A program made the translations under genes and the position numbers. Below the pieces are notes generated by a model. It was not told the DNA's origin and made no database searches. It saw nothing but the letters and a program-made list of their open reading frames with translations. Below are positions 31,257 through 40,726 of a stretch of DNA of 64,000 nucleotides, piece by piece; position 1 is the stretch's first letter; the number at the start of each line of letters is the position of its first letter. The DNA is from an uncultured delta proteobacterium (GTDB taxonomy: Bacteria; Myxococcota_A; Polyangia; Polyangiales; Houyiibacteriaceae), in contig CAWFPD010000007.1 in assembly GCA_963817725.1 (NCBI GenBank), positions 215,750 through 279,749 on the forward strand, in the 5' to 3' direction.

Positions 31257-32602
31257 CCGATTGCGATGATCACGCCGGAGGCGTCGCTGGTCACCAAGAG
31301 CTGCCCACTCGCACCGATGCCGAGGCCAACCGGGCGATGCGGCCACTGGGGGTCGGTATCGCCGGGATTGGCAGATTCGAGTAGCGGCACGGGCTCGCCC
31401 GACGGCATGCCGTCGGCCCCGAACGGCACGCGAACTACCTTATACCCGGTGGCCGGCGTACGGTTCCACGAACCGTGGAACGTGATGAATGCGTCGCCTA
31501 CCACGTCGGCCGGGAACGCGTGGCCCGAATAGAACTGGAGGTCGAGCGGTGCCGAGTGGCCCTGCATCACCAGCACCGGCGGGAGCACGTTGTCGGTGTT
31601 CTTGCACCACGCGTCGTCGTGCGTCGTGTTGTCGGGATCGGCCCATTGTGTGCCGGGGCCGCTGCCGGTGTCTGGCAGGTTGAACTCCGACCAGCAGTAC
31701 GGGTAGCCGTAGAAACGACCCGCGTTCTCCTCAAGGAATAGGTTCAGCTCTTCGCCGGGATTGTCCTGGTGGATGTCACCGCCGAGGTCTTCGCGATGGA
31801 GGTTGTCGCGGCCGTTCTCGACGCCCCAGATTCGGCCCTGGCCGTCGAGAGCGAGTCCTACCTCGTTGCGCAACCCGTCTGCGAACAGCTCACCTTGCGC
31901 GAAGGTCGAGCTGGAGCCGAGCGCCTCGGTCGGATAGCGGATGAGGCGCGCGCGGCTCGAATCACCATCGACGTTGCTGGCCGAGCCGACGCTGACGTAC
32001 AGCCTGCCCTGCGCGTCGAACTGTAGGGTCCGCGTGGCGTGCCCGCCGCCCGGAATGCCCGTGACGACTTCTTGTGGATCGCCGAGCGTCCCGCGGTCAC
32101 CCCCGTACGGCCAGCGGTAGACGGTGGTGGGGGTCGAGGCGTACAGATAGCCGTCGTGGATGGCGATGCCGTGGTTCAGTCCGGCCTGCGCCCGAAGCTC
32201 GATGCGCTCGTCCTCGTCGGAGACGCCGTTGCCGTTGTCGTCGTAGAGCAGCACGATGCGGCCATCATCGATGACGAGAACGTCGCCGTTGGCGTCCACC
32301 ACGATGCCGCGTGGGTGATTCAAATCGCTAGCCCACGTGTAAGCGCAGTAGCCCGCCGGTACCGAAGCGCTGCCCAGGGCCATTGCCTCGGGAAACACAC
32401 ACGTATCGAGGGATGCACTGCCTCCCGTGCCCGCGCTACCTCCGGCCCCTGCGAAGCCTCCGGTGCCACCTTCACCGGCCGACCCTCCGATGCCCCCGCC
32501 GGAGCCGCCAGTGCCGTCTGGGCCTGTACCGTCGACAATCGTCTCGCCGCACGCGCCGAGCACGACGACCGCAGCGGCCAAGATCAGTCCACCCGTCTTC
32601 AT
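31241..32602 (-). CDS. PQQ-dependent sugar (glucose/sorbosone) dehydrogenase-like lipoprotein with GGX linker
   Basis: Lipobox VVLGACG and GGSGGGIGGSAGEGGTGGFAGAGG linker. Beta-propeller pattern LNHPRGIVVDANGDVLV, GGHATRTLQFDAQGRLYVSVGSASNVD, NGRDNL, PLDLQFY. Confidence 0.8.
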   Translation of the reverse strand: MKTGGLILAAAVVVLGACGETIVDGTGPDGTGGSGGGIGGSAGEGGTGGFAGAGGSAGTGGSASLDTCVFPEAMALGSASVPAGYCAYTWASDLNHPRGIVVDANGDVLVIDDGRIVLLYDDNGNGVSDEDERIELRAQAGLNHGIAIHDGYLYASTPTTVYRWPYGGDRGTLGDPQEVVTGIPGGGHATRTLQFDAQGRLYVSVGSASNVDGDSSRARLIRYPTEALGSSSTFAQGELFADGLRNEVGLALDGQGRIWGVENGRDNLHREDLGGDIHQDNPGEELNLFLEENAGRFYGYPYCWSEFNLPDTGSGPGTQWADPDNTTHDDAWCKNTDNVLPPVLVMQGHSAPLDLQFYSGHAFPADVVGDAFITFHGSWNRTPATGYKVVRVPFGADGMPSGEPVPLLESANPGDTDPQWPHRPVGLGIGASGQLLVTSDASGVIIAIGYDGD

Positions 32603-32630
32603 GCCCAGATCCTACCGCAAATCAGCGCGC
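32531..32630 (-). repeat. copy A of a duplicated promoter-proximal/signal-peptide cassette
   Basis: About 80% identical by eye to 35691-35790. Shared core ccgcacgcgccgagcacgacga[ct]cgcagc[ga]gccaagatca and, past the start codon, cct[a]acgcaaat. Confidence 0.75.
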
Positions 32631-32820
32631 ATAGGGACCTGTCGAAGCCGGGCACGAACTGTCTCCGGTGCATGGGCGATCAGCCAAGCATGGAGGAGCT
32701 TGCACAAGCGCGCGCCGAGCTCGACCGGCTCCGCCAGCCAAACAACCCCGACCCGAGGGCCGAGGCGCTTCTCGCGGCCGTGCTCTCGAAAGCGGCCTTG
32801 CCCGATGCGCTCGCCTTGTT

Positions 32821-33096
32821 TCAGGTCGAGCGAAACGGCCCGTCCGCCATCTCCCAGCTAATCCGAGAACCGGGATCAACCGACTCTGCCCTAACCGTCA
32901 TGGTGGTCGCCCCGTTGAGCCACACGTTGTAGCCAAGGACGGCAGTGTCGAAGCCCACGATGCGATTGATGCCGCTTGCTTCGAGCTCGAGCGAAACCAG
33001 GTTTGCATTTCCTGTCTTGTTGCAACTGCTGTAGAGAAGCGCAGGAGACAACGCCACCGCCAGCAACATCGGCGACCAGTAGACGGCACGACTCAT
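32821..33096 (-). CDS. small lipoprotein with cadherin-like beta-sandwich-type segment (possibly a fragment)
   Basis: MSRAVYWSPMLLAVALSPALLYSSC lipobox, then NLVSLELEASGINRIVGFDTAVLGYNVWLNGATTMTVRAES. Only 91 aa. Confidence 0.4.
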   Translation of the reverse strand: MSRAVYWSPMLLAVALSPALLYSSCNKTGNANLVSLELEASGINRIVGFDTAVLGYNVWLNGATTMTVRAESVDPGSRISWEMADGPFRST

Positions 33097-33394
33097 GACA
33101 ACCTCCACCGAGAGGACAGGACTCAGATCAAGCAGGCGATGGCCGAACCTACACCTAGGCAAAGGTGAGGATCCAGACCAGATCTAGCTTGGCGAGCCTT
33201 GTGTCACAGCCATGTCCGAAAGCGGCATACGTAATTCTTTACCTACTCACTTTGGAAGTTGACAACGCGAGGCTGCAAGCGCGCCCGAGATCCTATATCG
33301 GCGCCGGTCGGCGTGACGGAGGATCTGCGGAGCGCGGCGGGACCGGGCTGTTTCCGCTTGCTTGCAGAAGCCGGGGCGAGATAGCTTCAGCCTC

Positions 33395-33658
33395 GTGAAA
33401 CACGCTCATTGGGCGTGGCCCTCAGCCTTCGTGTTGCTGTTTCTGTGGGGCTGCGGCGATAGCGCTAACGCCAACTGCGAGGTCCGTAACATCCCCGGCC
33501 ACGCGTACGGCTGCACGGCCGCATTGAGCAGCAAATGCGACCTCTTCGTCGTTTGCTCATACGTATGCTCGGAGGCGGGAGGTGATTCAAAGGGCGCCGC
33601 ATTCTGCGACATCGACACGGCGACATGCGTCTGCCCCTGCCACTACTGCGACGAGTAA
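33395..33658 (+). CDS. mini Cys-rich lipoprotein
   Basis: GTG start; signal/lipobox AFVLLFLWGC; the mature ~65 aa contains about 10 Cys (CEV..C..C..C..C..C..C.C.C..C). Confidence 0.5.
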   Translation: MKHAHWAWPSAFVLLFLWGCGDSANANCEVRNIPGHAYGCTAALSSKCDLFVVCSYVCSEAGGDSKGAAFCDIDTATCVCPCHYCDE

Positions 33659-33760
33659 CACGCGCTCGCCCGATCCGCTCGAACGCACGTGAGAGCCCGG
33701 ACGCCACGAGCCCGTGGTCGAGTATCGGCGGCGGTGCGTGGCTTAGCGTCACGGTGAGGC

Positions 33761-34612
33761 TCATTGCTCGAAGCAGTAGAGGCGCAACAAGGTCGAGCAG
33801 GATGGGGTGATGTTCTGAGTCCAGGTCGAATTGGCCGACGAGCTGGTACCGCAGAGCGCCACGCCAGTGGTGCCATTCGTGAAACCGTCGCAATCGTTGC
33901 TTAGATAGGAAGCGCCCGTGGCGAGGGTTCCGGTCCAGACGTCGCCCGTGCGGGTTTGTCCGCTTGCATCCACATTGATGGGCGCCGAGATGGAACCATC
34001 CACGAGGTCGTCCCAATCGTTGGCGATCACGGTGCCGCCGACCAGGACGTAGGGTCTCGTCGAATGAGTCATCCGATCCGCAACAGAAGACGACGCCGCC
34101 GACAGCCACGCCTTGAAGACGCCTTCGAGTCCTGCCGCGGACGCTTCGTTGGCGCAGAGCTCGTCTGCTCCGGAAATGCCGCCAAAGTCGGCGGTTTGAG
34201 CCCTGTTGGTGATGAAGACGCGGCTAGGCTCTCCATCGCCCGCTCCTGCGGTTCCACCGATCCCGCCAGAACCGGCTTCGCCGCCCATGCCCCCAGCACC
34301 ACCGACACCGCCTACGCCTGCGGTCCCGCCCACACCACCGACACCGCCACTACCGGCAGCGCCACCGGTTCCGCCTTCGCCGCCAGAGCCACCCGTGCCA
34401 GACGCACCACCGCTCCCAGCCATGCCGCCGGAGCCGCCAGTCCCATCCGCATTCACGCACAGGTTTGAAAGGCATTGCAAGCCGGTAAGGCATTGCCCGA
34501 GGTTACAGACACAGCCTTCGTACCCAGGAATGCAGTTATAGCCGCTGCCATCGGTGCCGCACGCGGCGACCAAAGCAACCACTGCGACCAAGACCAATCC
34601 TACTGCTTTCAC
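33761..34612 (-). CDS. lipoprotein: Cys-knot module + GGX linker + endostatin/DUF1554-like C-terminal domain
   Basis: GTG start; lipobox LVAACG; about 70 aa of GGX repeats; C-terminal GGISGADELCANEASAAGLEGVFKAWLSA...DVWTGT...CDGFT...RLYCFEQ. Confidence 0.75.
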   Translation of the reverse strand: MKAVGLVLVAVVALVAACGTDGSGYNCIPGYEGCVCNLGQCLTGLQCLSNLCVNADGTGGSGGMAGSGGASGTGGSGGEGGTGGAAGSGGVGGVGGTAGVGGVGGAGGMGGEAGSGGIGGTAGAGDGEPSRVFITNRAQTADFGGISGADELCANEASAAGLEGVFKAWLSAASSSVADRMTHSTRPYVLVGGTVIANDWDDLVDGSISAPINVDASGQTRTGDVWTGTLATGASYLSNDCDGFTNGTTGVALCGTSSSANSTWTQNITPSCSTLLRLYCFEQ

Positions 34613-34636
34613 GTCTCTTCCTTTCGACTTGGTCCG

Positions 34637-35761
34637 CTACTCCGCCGGGCAGATGACATTGTCACATAACGTCTTTGTGCACGCGCCATCGGTGGCATCG
34701 ACACAGATTTCTACTGGACCGGATCGGTCGCAAATGTAGGTCGCGTTCTGGCCTACGACATTGGACGGCTCCTGAATATTTTCCGTGTTTTCAAAGCTAC
34801 CCCAGAGCGCGCTCAAGGTGAGTTCGAGAGGAAGGGGGAAGCCGTCGGTGTCCTGCCCACGAGTCTGTACCTGCGTTGAGGTTTGGCCGGATGGAATCAC
34901 ACGGGGAATGGCGTTGATGATGAACAGCTGCGGACAGATATTCGCCGGAATATCGCTCGGGCATTGCACGGTGATGCAGCTCGTCTCATTGCACTCAGGA
35001 TCCCCATCATTGGCTTTGACGCAAATCTGCACGGGACCCGAGTCACCGCAGGTGAAGGTCGTATCGCTCGCGAAGCGGTCTTCGAATACGCCTGTCGTCG
35101 CGCTCCAATCGATGCGAAGGGGCACAGGGAAATCGTCTGGATCCGTCGCGTCGGCCGCAACTACGCTCGTCGTCTCACCGAGAGGAATCGCCTGGGGGGT
35201 TGCCGTGACCGATTCGATGATCGGACAGGTGTTTCCGGCGGAGCCACCTGAGCCGCTACCGCCCATGCCACCCGATCCGCCATTTCCAGCAACGCCGCCA
35301 GCGCCAGCCGTACCGCCCGAGCCGCCGCTACCTGCGGAGCCACCGATGCCGCCGCTCCCGCCCGATCCTGCAAAACCGCCTGTGCCACCATTGCCGCCCG
35401 CACCGCCGGAGCCGCCCATGCCTCCACAACCGAACTCGCCTACGCCAAAGCACGCATCGGTCGCCCCGCAGCTGAACGAACCGCCATGGCAGGAACAGAC
35501 CGTCGAGGGGTATGTTTCGCCACAACACGTCTCCGTGCCGTAGTTGCATGCGATGTCGCCCCTACACGGGAAGTCGACGGTAAATGGCTCTTCACTCGGG
35601 CAGTTGCCGTTGATGCCTCCAGCGCCACCCGTGCCGCCTGTGCCCCCGGAATTGCCACCGCCGCCTCCTGTTCCTTCCGGCGGATAGCTGTCAACGATAG
35701 TTGTTCCGCACGCGCCGAGCACGACGATCGCAGCAGCCAAGATCAAGCACACTACTTTCAT
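34637..35761 (-). CDS. lipoprotein with Cys-rich module, GGX linkers and two tandem ~90-aa repeats
   Basis: Lipobox VVLGACG. Repeat 1 CPIIESVTATPQAIPLGETTS...SGPVQICVKANDG...VQCP; repeat 2 CPQLFIINAIPRVIPSGQTST...SGPVEICVDATDG...VICP. Confidence 0.75.
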   Translation of the reverse strand: MKVVCLILAAAIVVLGACGTTIVDSYPPEGTGGGGGNSGGTGGTGGAGGINGNCPSEEPFTVDFPCRGDIACNYGTETCCGETYPSTVCSCHGGSFSCGATDACFGVGEFGCGGMGGSGGAGGNGGTGGFAGSGGSGGIGGSAGSGGSGGTAGAGGVAGNGGSGGMGGSGSGGSAGNTCPIIESVTATPQAIPLGETTSVVAADATDPDDFPVPLRIDWSATTGVFEDRFASDTTFTCGDSGPVQICVKANDGDPECNETSCITVQCPSDIPANICPQLFIINAIPRVIPSGQTSTQVQTRGQDTDGFPLPLELTLSALWGSFENTENIQEPSNVVGQNATYICDRSGPVEICVDATDGACTKTLCDNVICPAE

Positions 35762-35790
35762 GGCCCAAACCCTAACGCAAATTTGTGCGA
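35691..35790 (-). repeat. copy B of the duplicated promoter-proximal/signal-peptide cassette
   Basis: See copy A (32531-32630). Spans the first ~24 codons (MKVVCLILAAAIVVLGACGTTIVD vs MKTGGLILAAAVVVLGACGETIVD) plus ~30 bp of 5' leader. Confidence 0.75.
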
Positions 35791-36060
35791 AGGTGGCACT
35801 CGGAACACGGGATCAGCGCCATGGCTCGCTCTGAACTATCACGCCAGCGCGCCGAACGGCTAGGGCCGACTGCAATGCATGGTCGCGACCTCGGTCAGTG
35901 TCATTCGATCGCGCACACCGAGAAGCGCGCTCGTCGGCTGTCACCCCGCGAAGTGACAGTGCACAACTCGAAATGATAGCGTCGTCGGGAAAAGTACCAG
36001 AAGAGGTACCAGGAGCGTCGAGGGTTTCGGGTGGAGGCGCGTTTCTTCCGGTTTTTTCGG

Positions 36061-36132
36061 AGGCGCCGACTGGATTCGAACCAGCGAATGGAGGTTTTGC
36101 AAACCTCTGCCTTACCACTTGGCTACGGCGCC
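36061..36132 (-). tRNA. tRNA-Cys (GCA)
   Basis: Minus strand reads GGCGCCG-UA-GCC-AAGUGGUAA-GGC-A-GAGGU-UUGCAAA-ACCUC-CAUUC-GCUGG-UUCGAAU-CCAGU-CGGCGCC-U. Perfect cloverleaf, anticodon GCA, discriminator U73. Only CC of the CCA is encoded. Confidence 0.92.
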
Positions 36133-36240
36133 CGACGGCTGCTCCATGTAGCGCTTCTCCAGGCGCTTGTCACGCAGCGATTTCAACCATAGCCGATGAC
36201 CGGGCTGACGTGCCAGAGCGCTCGTGGTAGGCACTGCTCC

Positions 36241-38928
36241 ATGGCATCACAGGACTCCTTCGAGAGCCGTGTCACCATCCAGACAGCCGGCCGTGAGGTC
36301 GTCATTCATCGTCTGGATGCTCTGACCCGGGCAGGCTTCCAGGGTATCGACACACTGCCGTATTCCATACGGGTCCTGCTGGAGAACCTACTCCGGTACG
36401 AGGACGGCAAAACCGTCACTCGAGAGGACGTCGAAGCGGTGGCCAATTGGGACCCAGCAGCGACGCCCGAGACGGAGATCGCGTTTCGTCCCGCCCGCGT
36501 CCTGCTGCAAGATTTCACCGGAGTGCCTGCGGTCGTCGATCTCGCGGCCATGAGAGACCAGTTCGCGAAGATGGGAGGCGACCCCAGCCGCATCAATCCA
36601 CTGCAGCCCGCCGACCTAGTCATCGACCACTCGGTGCAGGTCGATTCATACGGCTTGTTGCGCTCGTTCGAAGACAACGTGAAACGAGAGTTCGAGCGCA
36701 ATCTGGAACGCTATCAGTTCTTGAAATGGGGGCAGAGCGCGTTTCGGAACATGCGCGTGGTGCCTCCGGGCACGGGAATCGTGCATCAGGTCAATCTCGA
36801 ATACCTCGCGAGCGTGGTGTTCACCCGTGAAGTCGATGGCGAGGTGGTCGCCTATCCCGACAGCCTCGTGGGCACCGACTCTCATACGACCATGATCAAC
36901 GGCCTCGGCGTGCTCGGTTGGGGGGTGGGCGGCATCGAAGCCGAGGCAGCGATGCTCGGTCAGCCGATCAGCATGCTCTTGCCGCAAGTCGTCGGCTTCA
37001 AGCTCACGGGGAAGCTTCGGGAGGGGGCCACGGCGACCGATGCCGTGCTCACCGTGACACAGATGCTTCGCCGCAAAGGCGTGGTCGGAAAGTTCGTCGA
37101 GTTTTACGGCGAAGGCATGGAAAGCCTCGCGCTCCCCGATCGCGCGACGATTGCGAACATGGCTCCCGAGTACGGGGCGACCATGGGTTTTTTCCCGGTC
37201 GACAAAGAGACCCTTGCCTATCTGCGTTTCAGCGGACGCGACGAATCGCACGTCGAGCTCGTCGAGCGTGTGCTCAAAGAACAAGGCTTGTTCCATTCGG
37301 CGAGCGCCCCAGAACCTCGCTTTACCGACACCCTGGAGCTCGATCTCGGCGACGTGGTGCCGTCGATCGCCGGTCCCAAGCGTCCGCAGGATCGAATCCC
37401 GCTGACCGAGTCGAAACGCGCGTGGCACGAAGCGCTGCGTTCCTTCGAAGCATCTCCGGACGATTCCGTGGAGGTCACGCGAGGAGATGAGACGTTTACC
37501 TTGCAAAACGGAGCGGTCGTGATCGCTGCAATCACGAGCTGCACGAACACGTCGAATCCCTCGGTCATGTTGGGTGCCGGCCTCGTCGCGAAGAAGGCGG
37601 TAGAAAAGGGCCTTCGCACCAAGCCTTGGGTCAAGACCAGCTTGGCGCCGGGGTCACAGGTGGTGACCGAGTACCTGGACAAGTCCGGGCTGATGGAGGA
37701 CCTCGAGAAGCTCCGGTTCAACCTCGTCGGCTACGGTTGCACCACGTGCATCGGAAATTCGGGTCCTCTCGATCCCGAGATTGCCGAGGGGGTCAAGGGG
37801 AAAGATTTGTTGGTCGCCTCCGTGCTGAGCGGCAATCGCAACTTCGAAGGTCGCGTCAATCCGCTGACCAAAGCCAACTATCTCGCTTCGCCGCCACTGG
37901 TCGTCGCATACGCGCTTGCCGGCACGATGGACATCGATTTCGAGACGGATCCAATCGGTCAGGATGATGAGGGCAACGACGTATTTCTTCGCGACATCTG
38001 GCCCACGCACCGAGAGATCACCGAAACTCTGCGCGCATCCGTGAAAAAGGAGCAGTTCTTGGAACGCTATGCCGTCGTTCTGGACGGGCCTCCCCAATGG
38101 CGCGACGTTCACTTCGCGAAAGGGGATCGATACCGCTGGGACCCCGAGTCCACCTACGTGCGACTCCCACCATTCTTCGAAGGCGTGGAGCCTGGAGACC
38201 CCGAACCACCCAAGGACATCGTGGGCGCACGCTTGCTGTGCATGCTCGGCGACTCGGTCACCACCGACCACATTTCTCCCGCGGGGTCGATTGCGCTCGA
38301 CAGCCCGGCTGCTCGCTATCTGCAAGAGCACGGCGTGACTCCTCGGGACTTCAACAGCTATGGCAGCCGCCGCGGCAATCACGAGGTGATGATGCGGGGC
38401 ACATTCGCCAACATCCGCCTTCGAAATCTATTGGCGCCAGGCACGGAAGGGGGCATCACCCGTTACCTACCCACCGGCGAGCAGATGAGCATTTATGATG
38501 CGGCGATGAGATACCAGGAGGACGGAACTCCGCTGTTGGTCATCGCGGGCAAGGAGTACGGCACGGGATCGTCGCGCGATTGGGCTGCCAAGGGCACGTT
38601 GCTCCTGGGGGTTCGTGCCGTGATCGCGGAGAGCTATGAACGCATCCACCGCTCGAATCTTATCGGAATGGGCGTTCTTCCTCTGGAGCTCGCGGCGGGC
38701 ACCAGCCGGGAAACCCTCGGTTTGACCGGGGAGGAGACGTTTTCGATCTCCGGCATTTCGGAGGGCCTGGCCCCTGGAGCGACACTTTCGGTCCAAACCG
38801 ATACCGGGAAATCGTTCTCGGTGAAGGCACGGGTGGATACGCCGCAGGAAGTCGAATACTACGTGCATGGCGGCATCCTTCAGTACGTGTTGCGTCAGCT
38901 CGCGGCGCGGGAGTCGACCACCGCCTAG
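36241..38928 (+). CDS. acnA: aconitate hydratase A
   Basis: Full-length aconitase pattern: [77 protein letters not shown] at 36241. Confidence 0.95.
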   Translation: MASQDSFESRVTIQTAGREVVIHRLDALTRAGFQGIDTLPYSIRVLLENLLRYEDGKTVTREDVEAVANWDPAATPETEIAFRPARVLLQDFTGVPAVVDLAAMRDQFAKMGGDPSRINPLQPADLVIDHSVQVDSYGLLRSFEDNVKREFERNLERYQFLKWGQSAFRNMRVVPPGTGIVHQVNLEYLASVVFTREVDGEVVAYPDSLVGTDSHTTMINGLGVLGWGVGGIEAEAAMLGQPISMLLPQVVGFKLTGKLREGATATDAVLTVTQMLRRKGVVGKFVEFYGEGMESLALPDRATIANMAPEYGATMGFFPVDKETLAYLRFSGRDESHVELVERVLKEQGLFHSASAPEPRFTDTLELDLGDVVPSIAGPKRPQDRIPLTESKRAWHEALRSFEASPDDSVEVTRGDETFTLQNGAVVIAAITSCTNTSNPSVMLGAGLVAKKAVEKGLRTKPWVKTSLAPGSQVVTEYLDKSGLMEDLEKLRFNLVGYGCTTCIGNSGPLDPEIAEGVKGKDLLVASVLSGNRNFEGRVNPLTKANYLASPPLVVAYALAGTMDIDFETDPIGQDDEGNDVFLRDIWPTHREITETLRASVKKEQFLERYAVVLDGPPQWRDVHFAKGDRYRWDPESTYVRLPPFFEGVEPGDPEPPKDIVGARLLCMLGDSVTTDHISPAGSIALDSPAARYLQEHGVTPRDFNSYGSRRGNHEVMMRGTFANIRLRNLLAPGTEGGITRYLPTGEQMSIYDAAMRYQEDGTPLLVIAGKEYGTGSSRDWAAKGTLLLGVRAVIAESYERIHRSNLIGMGVLPLELAAGTSRETLGLTGEETFSISGISEGLAPGATLSVQTDTGKSFSVKARVDTPQEVEYYVHGGILQYVLRQLAARESTTA

Positions 38929-38934
38929 GGTGCC

Positions 38935-39927
38935 ATGTCGTTGATCTTCGTCATTTCGCCTCCGCGCGCCGGGTCGACGTTGCTTCAACGAATGATGGGT
39001 GCGCACTCGGAGATCTTTACGCATCCCGAGCCGCATCTGATTACACCGATCGCCCACCTCGGCGTCTTTTACAACGTCGACAAGGCACCGTATGATCACA
39101 TCAACTCCGCCGAGGCGACCAAAGCGTTCATCGAAGATTTGCCCAACGGTGAGCAGGACTATCTGGATGCGCTCCGCTGCTACACCGATACGTTGTACGG
39201 ACGAATGCTTGAGACGAGCAATCGAGCCTATTTTCTCGACAAGACACCGGCCAATGCGTTGGTGCTGCCATTTCTTCAGCGTCTATACCCCGACGCGAAG
39301 TACGTCGTGCTGACGCGGCATCCGCTAGCCGTCTTCAGCTCCTACGCAAACAGCTTCTTCAATGGGGACTGGCAGCAGGCGCATGCCTTCAATCCGATTT
39401 TGGAGCGCTACGTGCCGGCCATCGCGGATTTCCTGGCGTCACGCCCGGTGCCTTTGCTGCAAGTCGCCTACGAGGATCTCGTCTCCAGCCCAGAGTCGCA
39501 GCTGGAGCGAATCTTCGCTTTCCTCGGGCTCGAGCACGAGCCAGAGGCCGTCGATTACGGGCGAGCCGGCCCTTCGAAAAAGGGGATGGGCGATCCCATC
39601 ACCGTCGATCGCCAGGACCGCCCCGTGACTGGGAGCGTGGACAAATGGGCGACTGAATTGGCCAGCGACGCACAAAAACGTGCGATGGCAGAGGACATGA
39701 TCGCACGAATCGAGCGTCGATCGCTCGAGATCTGGGGATGGCCATGGGATGTTTTGTGGGCGCCGGTGGAGGCGGCCGGCGGAGGTCCTGCACCCAAGCC
39801 GCCGCGCAACAGCTACACACTGCAGCGCCGGATCATGCTCGCCCTCAAGAAAGACATTCACAACCGGCCGCACGGAAAATTGGTCAAGCGCGTCAAGTAC
39901 TACTGCGACGTGCTGCTCCGCGAGTAG
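38935..39927 (+). CDS. sulfotransferase family protein
   Basis: PAPS 5'-phosphosulfate-binding motif FVISPPRAGSTLLQRMM and 3'-phosphate-binding region YVVLTRHPLAVFSS. Confidence 0.8.
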   Translation: MSLIFVISPPRAGSTLLQRMMGAHSEIFTHPEPHLITPIAHLGVFYNVDKAPYDHINSAEATKAFIEDLPNGEQDYLDALRCYTDTLYGRMLETSNRAYFLDKTPANALVLPFLQRLYPDAKYVVLTRHPLAVFSSYANSFFNGDWQQAHAFNPILERYVPAIADFLASRPVPLLQVAYEDLVSSPESQLERIFAFLGLEHEPEAVDYGRAGPSKKGMGDPITVDRQDRPVTGSVDKWATELASDAQKRAMAEDMIARIERRSLEIWGWPWDVLWAPVEAAGGGPAPKPPRNSYTLQRRIMLALKKDIHNRPHGKLVKRVKYYCDVLLRE

Positions 39928-40726
39928 GCCGCCGCAAACGTGCCACGATGACCTGTGATTCGGTCGTCGCAGCGATGGGAGTGTCTTCGAAGTCACCGGT
40001 GTGCGATTCGACGATGAACCCATTGTAGTGAAGCAGTGACTCGAGCTCCGCGGGAAAGAATTGCCGCTGAGTCAGTGGAGTACAAAAGGAGCGGGCGTCG
40101 TCGTCGGGATGCTGGAAGTCCATCATCACGGTTTGAATTTGAGTCATCGGGTCGTAGCTGAAGTATTCGCTGTAGAGATACCGCGCACCGTCGCGGGGGT
40201 GGGGGACTCGACCGCCCCGGTAGCGTTTGGACGGATCTCGCCCGAGGCTCGCGGGATCGGGTAGGAGCACGTCGAATACAAAACGCCCGTGTGGTTCCAG
40301 GTGATGTCTCACCGTGGCGAATCCCCGTTCGATTTGCTTGCGCGTATAGAGGTGCATCCACACGTTGAAAGGAGCAATCACCAATGGAAAACGGCGACGA
40401 AGACGGAGGCTTTCCAGAGAGCCTCGCCTGAGCTCTACACGATTGCGCGTCTCATCTGGTACGCGGGCCAATCGTTCCTCCGCCCGTGCCCGCATCGGCT
40501 GCATCGGTTCTACGCAGACGACCTCGATGCCCGATTTGGCAATGGCAAGCGCCACCCGCGCGGTGCCTGCGCCGAGCTCGAGCACCGGCCCGCCCGACTC
40601 TACCGAGAGCGTGGTGTAATACCGAACGTCGTGACGACGGCGGCGATACGCTTGGTCGTAGTACCGTCCATCGCGATAGTGCGCTTCGGATCCAGTCTCG
40701 GAGGGCGCTTTGGTGCGTCTAGGCAC
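39893..40726 (-). CDS. class I SAM-dependent methyltransferase
   Basis: Motif I VLELGAGTARVALAIA, motif II-like IEVVCVE. GTG at 40726 overlaps the HAD gene stop. The tracked ORF extends upstream into that gene. Confidence 0.8.
   Translation of the reverse strand: MPRRTKAPSETGSEAHYRDGRYYDQAYRRRRHDVRYYTTLSVESGGPVLELGAGTARVALAIAKSGIEVVCVEPMQPMRARAEERLARVPDETRNRVELRRGSLESLRLRRRFPLVIAPFNVWMHLYTRKQIERGFATVRHHLEPHGRFVFDVLLPDPASLGRDPSKRYRGGRVPHPRDGARYLYSEYFSYDPMTQIQTVMMDFQHPDDDARSFCTPLTQRQFFPAELESLLHYNGFIVESHTGDFEDTPIAATTESQVIVARLRRPTRGAARRSST

Noticed and set aside
32671-32932. Plus-strand small ORF MGDQPSMEELAQARAELDRLRQPNNPDPRAEALLAAVL... between the dehydrogenase and the cadherin-like fragment.
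   Set aside because: GC3 is high, so it may be real. However, it overlaps the minus-strand lipoprotein ORF by ~110 nt, has no recognisable motif, and I cannot discriminate between the two readings without codon statistics or homologs.
34206-35543. Pro-rich ORFs (34206-34541 and 34785-35543, PPxPP repeats), and the idea that the periodic GGC/GCC DNA could be a CRISPR or non-coding repeat array.
   Set aside because: They are the reverse-complement reading of (GGX)n linker codons of the minus-strand lipoproteins. The periodicity is 3/9 bp, with no repeat-spacer structure. No CRISPR array is present in the window.
31241-36132. Calling the lipoprotein cluster a tRNA-Cys-targeted genomic island.
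   Set aside because: There is no integrase or transposase in the block, and I could not find a repeat of the tRNA-Cys 3' half at the far boundary. It is reported only as an accessory-looking region.
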